DNA of 64,000 nt from Candidatus Latescibacterota bacterium (GCA_965222605.1 OZ244960.1:5088001-5152000); one strand, 5' to 3'; positions 1 to 9,826 are shown, counted from the first letter of the stretch. The notes: generated by a model not told the origin, from the sequence alone. Translations and numbers: made by a program.

Positions 1-2
1 TG

Positions 3-284
3 CTCGCACCCCGGGGAACAATTCACCTCATCGCGAAGTATCAAGGTGCTCCATTGCCTCTGGAAGGAGACGCCTTCATGAACAAGCAGATCATCGCGGG
101 CATCCGCATCGACACATCCAGAGAGGCGTGTATGCGGGATGCAGCCCAGATGCTGATTGACGGACGGATCAAAGTCGCCGAACTGATCACCCACAGACTC
201 CCATGGGAACAAACTCCGGATGCGTATCACCTGCTCTATCACAGGCCGGACGAAGCACTCGGCGTCATTCTGGAGTGGGATTGA
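3..284 (+). CDS. Zinc-binding/MDR-family dehydrogenase, C-terminal part (5'-truncated by window edge)
   Basis: Frame is open from position 3. The C-terminus 'GRIKVAELITHRLPWEQTPDAYHLL...GVILEWD' is typical of MDR dehydrogenases. Confidence 0.7.
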   Translation, partial: LAPRGTIHLIAKYQGAPLPLEGDAFMNKQIIAGIRIDTSREACMRDAAQMLIDGRIKVAELITHRLPWEQTPDAYHLLYHRPDEALGVILEWD

Positions 285-393
285 TTTGGTTGTCTGTCCA
301 ATGGGATCTCTCCCTTAGAGCCTCGGCATTTGCGTTCCGGTTACAGATGGAAACGCCGCTGGCACGCGTTTTGGCAGCAGGACAGGAGACGCT

Positions 394-1581
394 ATGAAGA
401 AACTTCGACTGGCCGTTGTGGGGTGCGGTGCTTATGAAAGCTCTCGCGCTCGCGGATATATCGCGACGATGGTCAAATTGGCCGACCGCTACGATTTGTG
501 CGCGATCTGCGATCACAGCGAGGAGTCGTTACAGGTCGTTGGTGAGCGCTTTGGCATTGATGCGCGATATACCGATTTTGAAGCGATGCTCGATGGGGAA
601 AAGCCGGATGTGGTTTTTATACTTGTCCCCACCGATGGACAGGCGGTTATGGCTTTGACGGCTGTTGAGCGAGGTTGTCATATCATCACGGAGATTCCGT
701 ATGCCCACACTCTGGCAATTGGCGATGCGATTGATCTGGCGTGCCGGGATAGAGGTGTCGTCTGGGAGGTCGCTGAAAATGTCTGGCTCTGGCCCCAGGA
801 ACAATTAAAGCAAAAGATCGTTAGAGAAGGGCTGCTTGGAAAACTGACACATGCTCGTCTTTGGTACACGTCTGGAAGCTACCACGGTATCAACGGGGTC
901 AGAATGATCCTCGACAAGGCCGCGACCCGTGCCCTGGGCTATGCACAATCGGTGGAGGTGTTGCCTTATAGCAATTATGGCGGGGCGCAGGAAATGACCC
1001 GATGGTGGGAGAGTGCTGTTGTCGAGTTTGAAGATGACGTGGTGTGTCTATACGAAATGTCGCCAGCGGGTGCGCGCGGCAATTGCTGGGATATCGAAGG
1101 GGTGGAGGGGCATCTTTCGGGCAATGAACTGGTGCTTTATGGAAGTGGTTCCTATCCGATTCGGGAGATGTTCGAGGAGATTGACGGAGAGCAGATTCTC
1201 TCGTCTGTTCGGGTGGATACCGATCCACCGGTTGTCTGGGAGAATCCATTCAAGCGCCAGAAGGTTTCCCATGCGGACGATGTGGCAAAAGCCGCGATTC
1301 TCAGCAGCCTTCACAAGGCAGTGACAGAGGGATCAGAACCACAGTACCGTCCCGAAAATGCCCGCAGGGATCTGGAGATCTGGATTGCGATTCGCGAGAG
1401 TGCGAATAGGGGAAGTGTCTGGATCGATCTTCCGATGACAGAGCAGACGGATCTCGAGCAACGCTTTGAAGCCGAATATATTCGGCAGTACGGCGGCCAT
1501 CCCGTCACAGACCGCGAGCGTCTGATAGATGCCCCTTTCCAGCGTCTCAGTCCGCTCTGGACCGTGGCAGGCTGGTTGTGA
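394..1581 (+). CDS. Gfo/Idh/MocA family oxidoreductase
   Basis: Rossmann start 'KLRLAVVGCG', 'YTDFEAMLDGEKPDVVFI', 'HIITEIP' (EKP-like motif); RBS AGGAG upstream. Confidence 0.85.
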   Translation: MKKLRLAVVGCGAYESSRARGYIATMVKLADRYDLCAICDHSEESLQVVGERFGIDARYTDFEAMLDGEKPDVVFILVPTDGQAVMALTAVERGCHIITEIPYAHTLAIGDAIDLACRDRGVVWEVAENVWLWPQEQLKQKIVREGLLGKLTHARLWYTSGSYHGINGVRMILDKAATRALGYAQSVEVLPYSNYGGAQEMTRWWESAVVEFEDDVVCLYEMSPAGARGNCWDIEGVEGHLSGNELVLYGSGSYPIREMFEEIDGEQILSSVRVDTDPPVVWENPFKRQKVSHADDVAKAAILSSLHKAVTEGSEPQYRPENARRDLEIWIAIRESANRGSVWIDLPMTEQTDLEQRFEAEYIRQYGGHPVTDRERLIDAPFQRLSPLWTVAGWL

Positions 1582-1609
1582 TGTGAACTATTCAGATTGG
1601 AGAGATATT

Positions 1610-2275
1610 ATGCGTTTTTTTCTGGTATTCTTGTCGATGATTATTGTTTCAATTCAAACCGTGCAGGCGCAACCGGCAGATGTAAAAAGTCATGTTGCTG
1701 CGCTTAAAGGCAAGACGTTCTGGATCAAAATTGATTTTGTAGAGGTGAATGACGGGATTCGAGGCATTGATGCGGCAAATGTTCTGGAGAATGGCGAGGT
1801 TTCATACCGCGCCACAATAGGCGGTTTTCGTCAGTCCCAATCTCAGTCGGGAGAGGATTTTGCCGAAGAAGTCCGGAATATCATTGTGAGAGATGAGCTT
1901 GGGGGGTGGAGTGTGCGGGTGATCCAAAGAGGCGCGAAGGTTGTGATCCGAAATGCCGAGGCAAAGGAGAAAGAAGTTTATATTGAACTCGATAAACTGT
2001 CGGGTGCTCGCCATGCCGTTCGCCTCAAAGTCAATAAGGATAATTACACGATTCCCGAAGTTGAACGTCTTTTCAATGTCGCCTTTGCTGCAAGCGAAGC
2101 GGAATTAGAAGGTGCAGAGGAGACCGTTTTGCTTAAAATGAACATGTCGATTGAAGAAGTGATTGCCCGAAAAGGCAAACCCAAAACGCGCGTTGAACTC
2201 GGCTCCAAAACCATTCTCGCTTACGACGATTTGAAGTTGATATTCAAAGATGGGAAATTGGTTGATGCGGAATAA
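1610..2275 (+). CDS. Secreted hypothetical protein with SmpA/BamE-like small C-terminal domain
   Basis: ATG 1610 follows GGAGAG. Signal peptide MRFFLVFLSMIIVSIQTVQA|Q. C-terminus 'MSIEEVIARKGKP...ILAYDDLKLIFKDGKLVD'. Confidence 0.7.
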   Translation: MRFFLVFLSMIIVSIQTVQAQPADVKSHVAALKGKTFWIKIDFVEVNDGIRGIDAANVLENGEVSYRATIGGFRQSQSQSGEDFAEEVRNIIVRDELGGWSVRVIQRGAKVVIRNAEAKEKEVYIELDKLSGARHAVRLKVNKDNYTIPEVERLFNVAFAASEAELEGAEETVLLKMNMSIEEVIARKGKPKTRVELGSKTILAYDDLKLIFKDGKLVDAE

Positions 2276-3071
2276 AGTCTCCTCGTACTCCTACATTCTC
2301 CAGCACATCTCTCATCGCTTTGCCCTCTTCGCGGAACCATTGCATTAAGATGCTCACATCGGTTCCCACGCAAAAGTGTTTCACGCCCATGTCCAAATAT
2401 CGCTTCACGCCTTTGGCATCTCCGAGTTCTGCCCGGGGCGCGATGCCCATTTTAAGCGATGTTTCAATCACATATTTTTCGGCTTCTTGTACCTTTTCTC
2501 TGGCATAGCCCGTACTCAAAGAATAATCCGACGGGCCGAACTGTATCATATCTAAGCCCGGTACGGAAAGCAGTGCCTCCAAATTTTCGACCGCTTCCTT
2601 TTTTTCTATCATGACCGCAACAACAGAATCGCGGCACGACTGAATAAATTCAGACCCTCCTGCATCTGCACCAAATCGCACGTACCGGCGCATATTCACG
2701 CCGTGATGCCCGCCATCTTCTGGCGTATCAGGACGCACGGTTGCCACACACGCCGCCACATCTTCTACTGTACGCACATCGGCGAATAAAACATTCTGAA
2801 TACCCGCACCTATGGCGCGATTTGCAATATGTCCACGCGGATCTTCCTCGACTTTGATCATCGCCGACATATCGTCGAACAAATCAATAGCCCGACCAAT
2901 ATTATCCATCGTGTGTAAATCATAGGGGGCGTATTCCGATACGTATTCGATATAATCAAATTGTCCTGAATATCCCACCATTTCAAATACCGATGGCCAC
3001 GGGCTGTGTACGTGGGTTCCCAAACTGGGTTGATCGGCATCGAGCAATTCTCTTAGCTTATTGCGGCGCAT
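2244..3071 (-). CDS. HpcH/HpaI aldolase family protein
   Basis: 'GQFDYIEYVSEYAP', 'VAVMIEKKEAVENLEALLSVPGLDMIQFGPSDYSLS'; RBS AGGAGG upstream. Confidence 0.85.
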   Translation of the reverse strand: MRRNKLRELLDADQPSLGTHVHSPWPSVFEMVGYSGQFDYIEYVSEYAPYDLHTMDNIGRAIDLFDDMSAMIKVEEDPRGHIANRAIGAGIQNVLFADVRTVEDVAACVATVRPDTPEDGGHHGVNMRRYVRFGADAGGSEFIQSCRDSVVAVMIEKKEAVENLEALLSVPGLDMIQFGPSDYSLSTGYAREKVQEAEKYVIETSLKMGIAPRAELGDAKGVKRYLDMGVKHFCVGTDVSILMQWFREEGKAMRDVLENVGVRGDFIPHQPISHL

Positions 3072-3180
3072 GTTGCCTCCTTTGAGTTGATTTGTCGCAC
3101 ATCGTAGCGCGTCTCATTTCTTATCAATATAGCAAAATAGCGAGAAAAGCCCAGTGGACTTCTCTGGCCCTTATCCAGAC

Positions 3181-3229
3181 CTCAAAAATTTTGAGTTGCC
3201 TCTTGACAAGGGTGAAGATATACTATTGT
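3181..3229 (+). promoter_or_regulatory. Putative sigma70 promoter with adjacent palindrome, upstream of the DUF1800 operon
   Basis: TTGCCT(3196-3201)-17 nt-TATACT(3219-3224). A TTGACA lies at 3203. Palindrome CTCAAAA-A-TTTTGAG (3181-3195) abuts the -35. Confidence 0.5.
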
Positions 3230-3328
3230 TGAAAATTAAAGCATGTTATATTAAATACAAAATAGCCATTCTGGCGATTGACACTGAAAAATCACAACCA
3301 ACGAGGTATTCCAGCAAAGGGGGAAACA

Positions 3329-4717
3329 ATGCCGAACGACGATATTGCGTTAATGGCCCACCTGATACGTCGCGCCGGGTTTGGGGCCACGAGAACAGAA
3401 CTGGAGGACTATGTCGAAAGGGGCTACGAAAACGTCGTAGAAGACCTGGTCGAGTCGGAGCGATGCGATCCGGTTGATGAGGATATTTTGCACCGTTATT
3501 TTGGCAGCTTTGAAGCGGGATATGTGGAAAAATGGATGTATCGAATGGTCCGCAGCAAGCGCCCGCTCGAAGAAAAAATAGCCCTTTTCTGGCATCACGT
3601 ATTCGCCACCGGGGTTGGGAAAAATCAGCACCTCCTCGCTTCTGCCCGCCAGATCGACACTTTCCGGCGCGTGGGGCTTTCAAATATGCGGGAAATCCTG
3701 CTCGAGTTATCGAAAGACCCCGCTATGATCTTCTGGCTGGACAACAATGAAAACCGCAAAGGTGAGCCTAATGAGAACTACGGCCGGGAGCTGTTAGAAC
3801 TCTTCTCGATGGGCGTTGGCAATTATACAGAAGACGATATTAAGAATTGCGCCCGCGCCTTTACCGGCTGGACGTTCGCCCAGCCGCCGCCTCTGTATCC
3901 GCAAGGCTTCTACGATGCGAAATTCGTTTTCCTCGAAGAAGACCACGACGATGGCGAAAAGACTTTTCTGGGACATACGGGCAATTTCAACGGCGACGAC
4001 ATCGTCGATATCATCGCCGAACAGCCCGCCTGCGCCAAATTTATATCCAGGCATCTCTACAACTTCTTTGTCGCAGACGAGCCGCAAGTTCCATCCTGGC
4101 ATGTGACTCCGCCGCAGGATCCCGAAGCGGTTGAAACTCTGTCAAATGCTTTTATGGAGTCGAAAGGCGATATGCGCCATGTCCTCAGAACGCTTTTCAA
4201 TTCTGACTTCTTCAAGGAAGCGCAAGGGAAAAAAGTGAAAAGCCCGACTGAACTCGTCACGGGCATCTTGAAATTGATCGGCACCTATCAACGTCCCGAT
4301 CCGGGTATGGGAAAATATTCGGGTGCCACCACGTTAATGGGGCAGAAATTGCTGGATCCGCCGACCGTGGAAGGCTGGCACACTGGTAGGGAATGGGTCG
4401 ATGGCGGTACGCTGACCGAGCGTGTGAACTTTGCCGTTCGCGAGGTAAGCGATGCGTCCCGGCCGGGTATTGGCGAAATCATCAATCGGCTCAAAGCTGA
4501 GGGAAGGGTACTCGCCCCTGATGAGTTCGTGGAAAAATGTTTGGATCTCGCAGGCCCTATGACCGTGAGTGATACGACCCGCGAATCATTAAGCAAATTT
4601 GCGGAGTCAGGTGGCGACCTCGATCTATCCGCTGACAACGGGTCTGGAGAGAGCACAGATCGCGTGGTGCAGATGCTGCAACTCATTGTCGCTTCGAGAG
4701 AGTATCAATTTGCGTAG
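3329..4717 (+). CDS. DUF1800 family protein
   Basis: 'AHLIRRAGFG', 'LEEKIALFWHHVFAT', 'PNENYGRELLELFSMG', 'ARAFTGW', 'PPTVEGW'. Start placed at ATG 3329 after AAGGGGG. Confidence 0.9.
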   Translation: MPNDDIALMAHLIRRAGFGATRTELEDYVERGYENVVEDLVESERCDPVDEDILHRYFGSFEAGYVEKWMYRMVRSKRPLEEKIALFWHHVFATGVGKNQHLLASARQIDTFRRVGLSNMREILLELSKDPAMIFWLDNNENRKGEPNENYGRELLELFSMGVGNYTEDDIKNCARAFTGWTFAQPPPLYPQGFYDAKFVFLEEDHDDGEKTFLGHTGNFNGDDIVDIIAEQPACAKFISRHLYNFFVADEPQVPSWHVTPPQDPEAVETLSNAFMESKGDMRHVLRTLFNSDFFKEAQGKKVKSPTELVTGILKLIGTYQRPDPGMGKYSGATTLMGQKLLDPPTVEGWHTGREWVDGGTLTERVNFAVREVSDASRPGIGEIINRLKAEGRVLAPDEFVEKCLDLAGPMTVSDTTRESLSKFAESGGDLDLSADNGSGESTDRVVQMLQLIVASREYQFA

Positions 4718-4738
4718 TGCACGGAAAGGAGAAATAAA

Positions 4739-5875
4739 ATGGCTTCTAAAGATCCGGTTCTGGTCGTTGTTGAGTTGAAGGGCGGCAACGACTTCATGAA
4801 CACAATTATCCCTTATACCAACGGCATATACCACGATTGCAGGCCCATTGTTGGGCTTCGCGAGGATGAAGTTTTACCGATGAATGATACCCTGGCCTGG
4901 CACCCCAATACGGTGCCCCTGAAGGAGATGTTTGAGCAGGGTGATGTGGCGATTGTGCAGGGTATCGGGTATCCCGACTCGAGCCGATCGCATTTTCGGG
5001 CCATGGATGTCTGGCATACCTGTGAACCCATAGATATTGGCACAGAGGGCTGGTTGGGCAGAGTGGTGCGTGATCTGGATCCGAGGGGGGAAAATGTCTT
5101 GACCGGCATCAACTTCGGAAAAGGACTTTCCAGAGCGTTGGCTGTTTCCGGCGTTCCCATAACATCTGTTGACGACCTCGACAATTACGGCTTGATGACC
5201 AGCATTGCGGAAGACCCGAAGCGAAAGCAGGCGATTGAGATATTCAAGACCATGTACGAACCCGCGATTGGCACGGGTGTGGTGATGGATTATCTTTCGC
5301 AAACGGGCCTGGATGTCATCAAAGGCTCGGATGAGTTAAAGAAGGCTCCGGCAATGTATCAATCCGACGTGGAATACGAAAGCAATTCGATTGCGAAGGC
5401 GCTGAGAGATGTCGCGCGTGTTCACCTTTCCGGTCTTGGAACAAGGATCTTTTATACTCAGCACGGGGGGTATGACCACCATGCAAATGAAATGCCGTCA
5501 CATCCCAAGTTGCTGACGGAGTTGTCGGAAGCAATCCGCGATTTCTTCCAGGATCTGAGAAACCACAATGCCTCCCAAGAGATTGTCATGCTCGTTTTCT
5601 CAGAGTTTGGACGACGCATGAGGGATAATGCCAGCGGCACTGACCACGGCACAGGTGGCGGTGCATTTATCATCGGTGACGGTGTGAATGGCGGGCTATA
5701 CGCAGAATATCCCTCTCTTGATCCCTCTCGATGGGCCAACGGCGAAGATCTTGAGCATACAATTGACTTTCGCGGCATATACGCAACGCTCCTGGAGCAA
5801 TGGATGGGAATGGATGCTACCCCGATTGTGGATGGGACATTTGAACAAATCCAGCCTTTCAAAGAGGCTATGTGA
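4739..5875 (+). CDS. DUF1501 family protein (no Tat signal)
   Basis: 'LVVVELKGGND', 'SRSHF', 'GGYDHHANE', 'FSEFGRR', 'GTDHG', 'DFRGIYATLLEQW'. Canonical partner of DUF1800. Confidence 0.9.
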   Translation: MASKDPVLVVVELKGGNDFMNTIIPYTNGIYHDCRPIVGLREDEVLPMNDTLAWHPNTVPLKEMFEQGDVAIVQGIGYPDSSRSHFRAMDVWHTCEPIDIGTEGWLGRVVRDLDPRGENVLTGINFGKGLSRALAVSGVPITSVDDLDNYGLMTSIAEDPKRKQAIEIFKTMYEPAIGTGVVMDYLSQTGLDVIKGSDELKKAPAMYQSDVEYESNSIAKALRDVARVHLSGLGTRIFYTQHGGYDHHANEMPSHPKLLTELSEAIRDFFQDLRNHNASQEIVMLVFSEFGRRMRDNASGTDHGTGGGAFIIGDGVNGGLYAEYPSLDPSRWANGEDLEHTIDFRGIYATLLEQWMGMDATPIVDGTFEQIQPFKEAM

Positions 5876-5896
5876 TATCGAAAAGGGAGGTGAATC

Positions 5897-6892
5897 ATGG
5901 GCAGACCTTATGGCCTGTTGCGGGCAGGATTTCCATTTTACAAGACTCTGGGCATGAGGCGGCTGACGAATTTTCCGATCGATATTGCCCTGGGCAAAGA
6001 AGGCTGTCTCTACATATTGTGTCGGACCAGAGACGCATCAACGATCAGGAAGTACCATATAGATGATAAAGATCTTGGTACCGTCGGTCGTGGACTGACG
6101 TGGGCGGTTGCAATTATTGCCGACAGCGAGGAGAATCTCTATGTCTCAGACGAGGCCAAGCATTGTATTTTGTCCTTTGACAAAGATGGCAAAGATCTGG
6201 GCAAATGGGGTGAGTATGGCGATGGGGATGGACAACTGAACGGTCCGGCGGGTATTGCTTTTGATGCAGAAGAGAATATCTACGTTTCCGATAGTCTGAA
6301 CCACAGAGTCCAGAAGTTTACCAAAGACGGTGAATTTATCTCAAAGTGGGGGAGGTTCGGCGATGGAGAGGGCGAGTTTAACATGCCCTGGGGGATCACA
6401 GTGGATGAACTGGCCGATGTTTATGTCGCAGATTGGCGAAATGACAGAGTTCAGAAGTTTACAGGTGACGGGGAGTTTATCTTCGCATTCGGGAAATCAG
6501 GCAGCGGAAATGGCGAGCTAAATAGACCCACTGGGGTGGCCGTAGATGAGCATGGCGATATTTACGTTGCCGACTGGGGAAATGACCGCGTACAATTGTT
6601 CAATTCCGAGTCGAATTACGTACAGAAATTCCTGGGAGATGCAACTCTGTCAAAGGTCGCAATTGATTACATGATGACCAATGCCGGCCCAAATCGCCTG
6701 AGGGATATGGCAGATCTCGAACCACAAAAATATTTTCGACGTCCGGGAGGGGTGACAGTCAATGGAGATGGACTGATGTTTGTCGCGGACAATGGCTCTT
6801 ATCGGGTGCAGGTTTATCAGAAGCAGGCGGTTCCGCTTACAGAAGAGCAATTTTCCGCGCCGAGACGTTCGCCTACGCTTCACCAGGAATAG
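5897..6892 (+). CDS. NHL-repeat beta-propeller protein
   Basis: Repeated 'G.GDGQ(L/F)N.P.GI..D...N(I/V)YV.D..N.RVQKF' blades; RBS GGAGGT. Confidence 0.9.
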   Translation: MGRPYGLLRAGFPFYKTLGMRRLTNFPIDIALGKEGCLYILCRTRDASTIRKYHIDDKDLGTVGRGLTWAVAIIADSEENLYVSDEAKHCILSFDKDGKDLGKWGEYGDGDGQLNGPAGIAFDAEENIYVSDSLNHRVQKFTKDGEFISKWGRFGDGEGEFNMPWGITVDELADVYVADWRNDRVQKFTGDGEFIFAFGKSGSGNGELNRPTGVAVDEHGDIYVADWGNDRVQLFNSESNYVQKFLGDATLSKVAIDYMMTNAGPNRLRDMADLEPQKYFRRPGGVTVNGDGLMFVADNGSYRVQVYQKQAVPLTEEQFSAPRRSPTLHQE

Positions 6893-6913
6893 GCTGAACT
6901 TGTCGAATACGGA

Positions 6914-6946
6914 GGCCCTCAGTTTTCGCTGGGGGCCATTTTTTAT
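6914..6946 (+). terminator. Rho-independent terminator
   Basis: GGCCCTCAG-TTTTCG-CTGGGGGCC hairpin followed by ATTTTTT, about 20 nt after the NHL stop. Confidence 0.75.
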
Positions 6947-7012
6947 AACTCGAATGGAATTCCAATGCACAGATCCCCTGTGTGCTAATGAACCTGCCCG
7001 GCCTGTTATCTG

Positions 7013-8983
7013 ATGACCAATCCTTTACAAGCACACCCTTTGCTGGCCGGAGAGCCAGAACAGTCATCGGTGCGCCCGGGTGCTATTGTCCTGGGGGTGG
7101 TGTTCACACTTTGCATCAATGGCTTCGACCCTATCTCTCGTTACTTGATCCACTCTTCCTCATTCACACACAGCCAGATGCCGTTTGCCTTGCTGGTGGG
7201 GCTACTGCTCCTGGGCTATCTCTACAATCCCCTCGTTCGGGGGCGATTTCCCAACCTCGCTTTGACCCGCCGGGATATGGCTGCGGTGCTTGCCATTGGA
7301 TTTCTCGGCACAACAGTACCCACCCTGGCCCAGCGATTTGTAGCCGTGATTTCGGCTCCGGATTACTACGCTTCTCCCGAAAATGAATGGCCCACCTACA
7401 CACTGCCCAATCTGCAACGCTGGTTGTTCCCCAGCAATGTCGGCGATGGTGTTGGGATGTTCTATCGCGGGCTGGTTCCCGGTGCGCCTCTGCCCTGGGA
7501 GATATGGATTGGGCCGCTCTTCTGGTGGTTCAGCCTGCTCATCGCGATCATGCTGGCCTGTTTCTGCCTCTCCGTCATTTTGAGAAAACAGTGGTCGGAA
7601 AGCGAGCGCCTGGCATTTCCCTTTGTGGAACTCTCGCTGATGCTGGTAGAGAACCCCGGACCCGGACGAAACCTGCCCCAATTTTTCGGCCTGCCCCTTT
7701 TCTGGATCGGGTTTGCGATTCCGGCAATCATGCTTTTTTGGAATACAGCAGGCCACTTCTTTCCGGGCCTTCCTACATTCGCATTTCTCAATATTAGAAC
7801 ACTGCTTCCCATCGGACGGGGATTTATGCCTTTCTTTCTCCAGTTCGATTTCTACGTCATTTGTTTCGCCTATTTCACCACCCTGGAAATTCTCCTGTCG
7901 ATGTGGTTTTTCCACATTTTGGGCATGTTGCAGGCTGGCATTTCCAACCGGATCGGGTTTGGACCAAGAGGCTATGGTTCGGGGGTGATCTCTCAGAACA
8001 ATTACGGCCTGCTGGTTTTTGTGCTGTGGAGTCTCTGGATCGCACGCGGACACATCCACAATGTCTGGCGCAAAGCAATTGGAAAAGGCCCCGAGGTAGA
8101 TGATTCGACCGAATTGCTCTCCTATCGCGCAGCGACCTTCGGTTTCATCCTTGCCAGCCTTTTCATTTTTTTTTGGCTCTGCAAAACTCAGATGAATCCG
8201 GGTGTGGCTGTGGCATTTATGTTTTTTTCCCTGATTCTCTATTTGGGGATGGCCAAGATCGTGGCGCTCAGCGGATTGGTGTCTTTACGGGGTTCGGGAC
8301 CTACCGGACCCGTCAAAGGATTGATCGGCATCTGGAATATGGATGATACGACGATTGCGGCTTTGAACCAGATGGGCACGCTTTACGGCAACGCAAAGGG
8401 ATTTGCCATGCCGGGTGCGGTCAATGCCGCCAGGGCAGGCGACCACACCGATCCCCACAGGCGCCGCCTGGGTGGCGCAATTCTCATTGGCGGAATCCTC
8501 TCAATCCTCGCCTTTGTGATCACCACCCTTATTCTGGGTTATTACGGGCCAGGAGCTGAGAATTTTGGAGATTACAGTTATACGCGGGGTAACCGGGCCT
8601 TTTTTAATTATACCGTCTCGGATATCAAAGGGCGCCCAGATGCAGAACGGCAATGGTGGGATTTGGGTTTCGGAACCTTTGGGGCGGCGATAACTCTGCT
8701 GCTGATTTTTCTGAACCAGCGGTTTTCCTGGTGGCCCCTTCACCCGGTGGGATTCACCGTTTCCCTCCAGTATCCCACTCGCGCGTCCTTTTTTTCGGTA
8801 TTTTTGGCCTGGCTGATGAAAATAATTGTGCTCAAAGTCGGCGGCATTGAGCTTTTCAATCGATCTCGTGTCTTTATCTTTGGCGTTCTCATGGGCTATA
8901 CGCTGGGTGTTCTGGTTTCTTTTATTCTGGATATTTTCTTTTTTATGGGCCAGGGCCACCGCATGCACACGCCCCCGCTGTAA
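7013..8983 (+). CDS. DUF6785/DUF6784-like polytopic membrane protein (putative transporter), paralog 1
   Basis: 656 aa with many TM segments; motifs 'YYASPENEW', 'ILRKQWSESERLAFP', 'RFSWWPLHPVGF', 'FLAWLMKIIVLKVGG'. Confidence 0.75.
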   Translation: MTNPLQAHPLLAGEPEQSSVRPGAIVLGVVFTLCINGFDPISRYLIHSSSFTHSQMPFALLVGLLLLGYLYNPLVRGRFPNLALTRRDMAAVLAIGFLGTTVPTLAQRFVAVISAPDYYASPENEWPTYTLPNLQRWLFPSNVGDGVGMFYRGLVPGAPLPWEIWIGPLFWWFSLLIAIMLACFCLSVILRKQWSESERLAFPFVELSLMLVENPGPGRNLPQFFGLPLFWIGFAIPAIMLFWNTAGHFFPGLPTFAFLNIRTLLPIGRGFMPFFLQFDFYVICFAYFTTLEILLSMWFFHILGMLQAGISNRIGFGPRGYGSGVISQNNYGLLVFVLWSLWIARGHIHNVWRKAIGKGPEVDDSTELLSYRAATFGFILASLFIFFWLCKTQMNPGVAVAFMFFSLILYLGMAKIVALSGLVSLRGSGPTGPVKGLIGIWNMDDTTIAALNQMGTLYGNAKGFAMPGAVNAARAGDHTDPHRRRLGGAILIGGILSILAFVITTLILGYYGPGAENFGDYSYTRGNRAFFNYTVSDIKGRPDAERQWWDLGFGTFGAAITLLLIFLNQRFSWWPLHPVGFTVSLQYPTRASFFSVFLAWLMKIIVLKVGGIELFNRSRVFIFGVLMGYTLGVLVSFILDIFFFMGQGHRMHTPPL

Positions 8984-8991
8984 TAACAAGC

Positions 8992-9750
8992 CTATGGCGA
9001 TTTTTGATCCAGTTTGACGCGATCGTAGGAATCGGGGTCATTTCGTACAATATCGAGCAACTGATCGACATACGCGCGAATTCGGAACAGACGGCACGAG
9101 GCATCCCCAACTTTGCCGGTCTCCAAAATGCCTACCCGATCCCAGACTTCACCGAGTCGAATGCGGTCGAGCCAGATGTATTCCGCATTGGGGTTCTCCT
9201 TCAGTCGCTCATTCCAGAACATTACTTCTACGACATGGATATATGTGGATGATTGGTAGTCAACGCCGAGCATCAGGAGCTTGCCGTCCTGTTTGTAGGC
9301 ACGCATCATCGGGGAGTTTGTCCCATAGGTCTTTCCCCAGGGCGGACGGTCCCAGGGTGATGTCATGCCTTCCTCTGAGAGATGATCCGCAACGAAATTT
9401 TTGGTGCCTTGTCCGCGTGCTGCCACGGAGTGGGAATAGTGATCGGATCTGTGTGTCCCGGGCATCAACTTGAAATACTCGGTCAACCAGCCGACTGAGG
9501 ATTCCGTTTTTGCAATGTCCCAGGAACCCGCCCGCTGTTCTCGATCGCCGATCAGGTTGAACGATGGCATCAGGAGCACGCCACCAATACCCAGTGCGTT
9601 CTCAAGCGAGGCGATCACTGTTTCCGCTCCACCCTGGACCACTCCCAGGCTTTTGAATGAGGAGTGGACGAAGAGAATATCGCCGATCTTGACGCCGAGG
9701 GTCTTTAGATTATCACAAAGTTGCGCTGTAGTGTATCCCAAACCGGGCAT
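8992..9750 (-). CDS. AAC(3) family N-acetyltransferase
   Basis: 'LGVKIGDILFVHSSFKSLG', 'LLMPSF', 'RSDHYSHSVAARG', 'LMLGV...STYIHVVE'. Confidence 0.85.
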   Translation of the reverse strand: MPGLGYTTAQLCDNLKTLGVKIGDILFVHSSFKSLGVVQGGAETVIASLENALGIGGVLLMPSFNLIGDREQRAGSWDIAKTESSVGWLTEYFKLMPGTHRSDHYSHSVAARGQGTKNFVADHLSEEGMTSPWDRPPWGKTYGTNSPMMRAYKQDGKLLMLGVDYQSSTYIHVVEVMFWNERLKENPNAEYIWLDRIRLGEVWDRVGILETGKVGDASCRLFRIRAYVDQLLDIVRNDPDSYDRVKLDQKSP

Positions 9751-9779
9751 GTTATTAGCCTTTCCCTCTGCGCGGTATT

Positions 9780-9826
9780 ATAAAAGAGAGCGGAGAAATC
9801 CAGTAGATTTCTCCGCTCTCTTTTAT
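9780..9826 (-). terminator. Strong (bidirectional-type) terminator ending the ACIII/oxidase operon
   Basis: Perfect 21-bp inverted repeat ATAAAAGAGAGCGGAGAAATC-cagta-GATTTCTCCGCTCTCTTTTAT, 12 nt beyond the subunit IV stop. Confidence 0.85.

Noticed and set aside
359-377. Sigma54-like CTGGCACG-N4-TTGG upstream of the Gfo/Idh/MocA gene
   Set aside because: The critical -12 GC is GG, and the implied start site would fall within the RBS.
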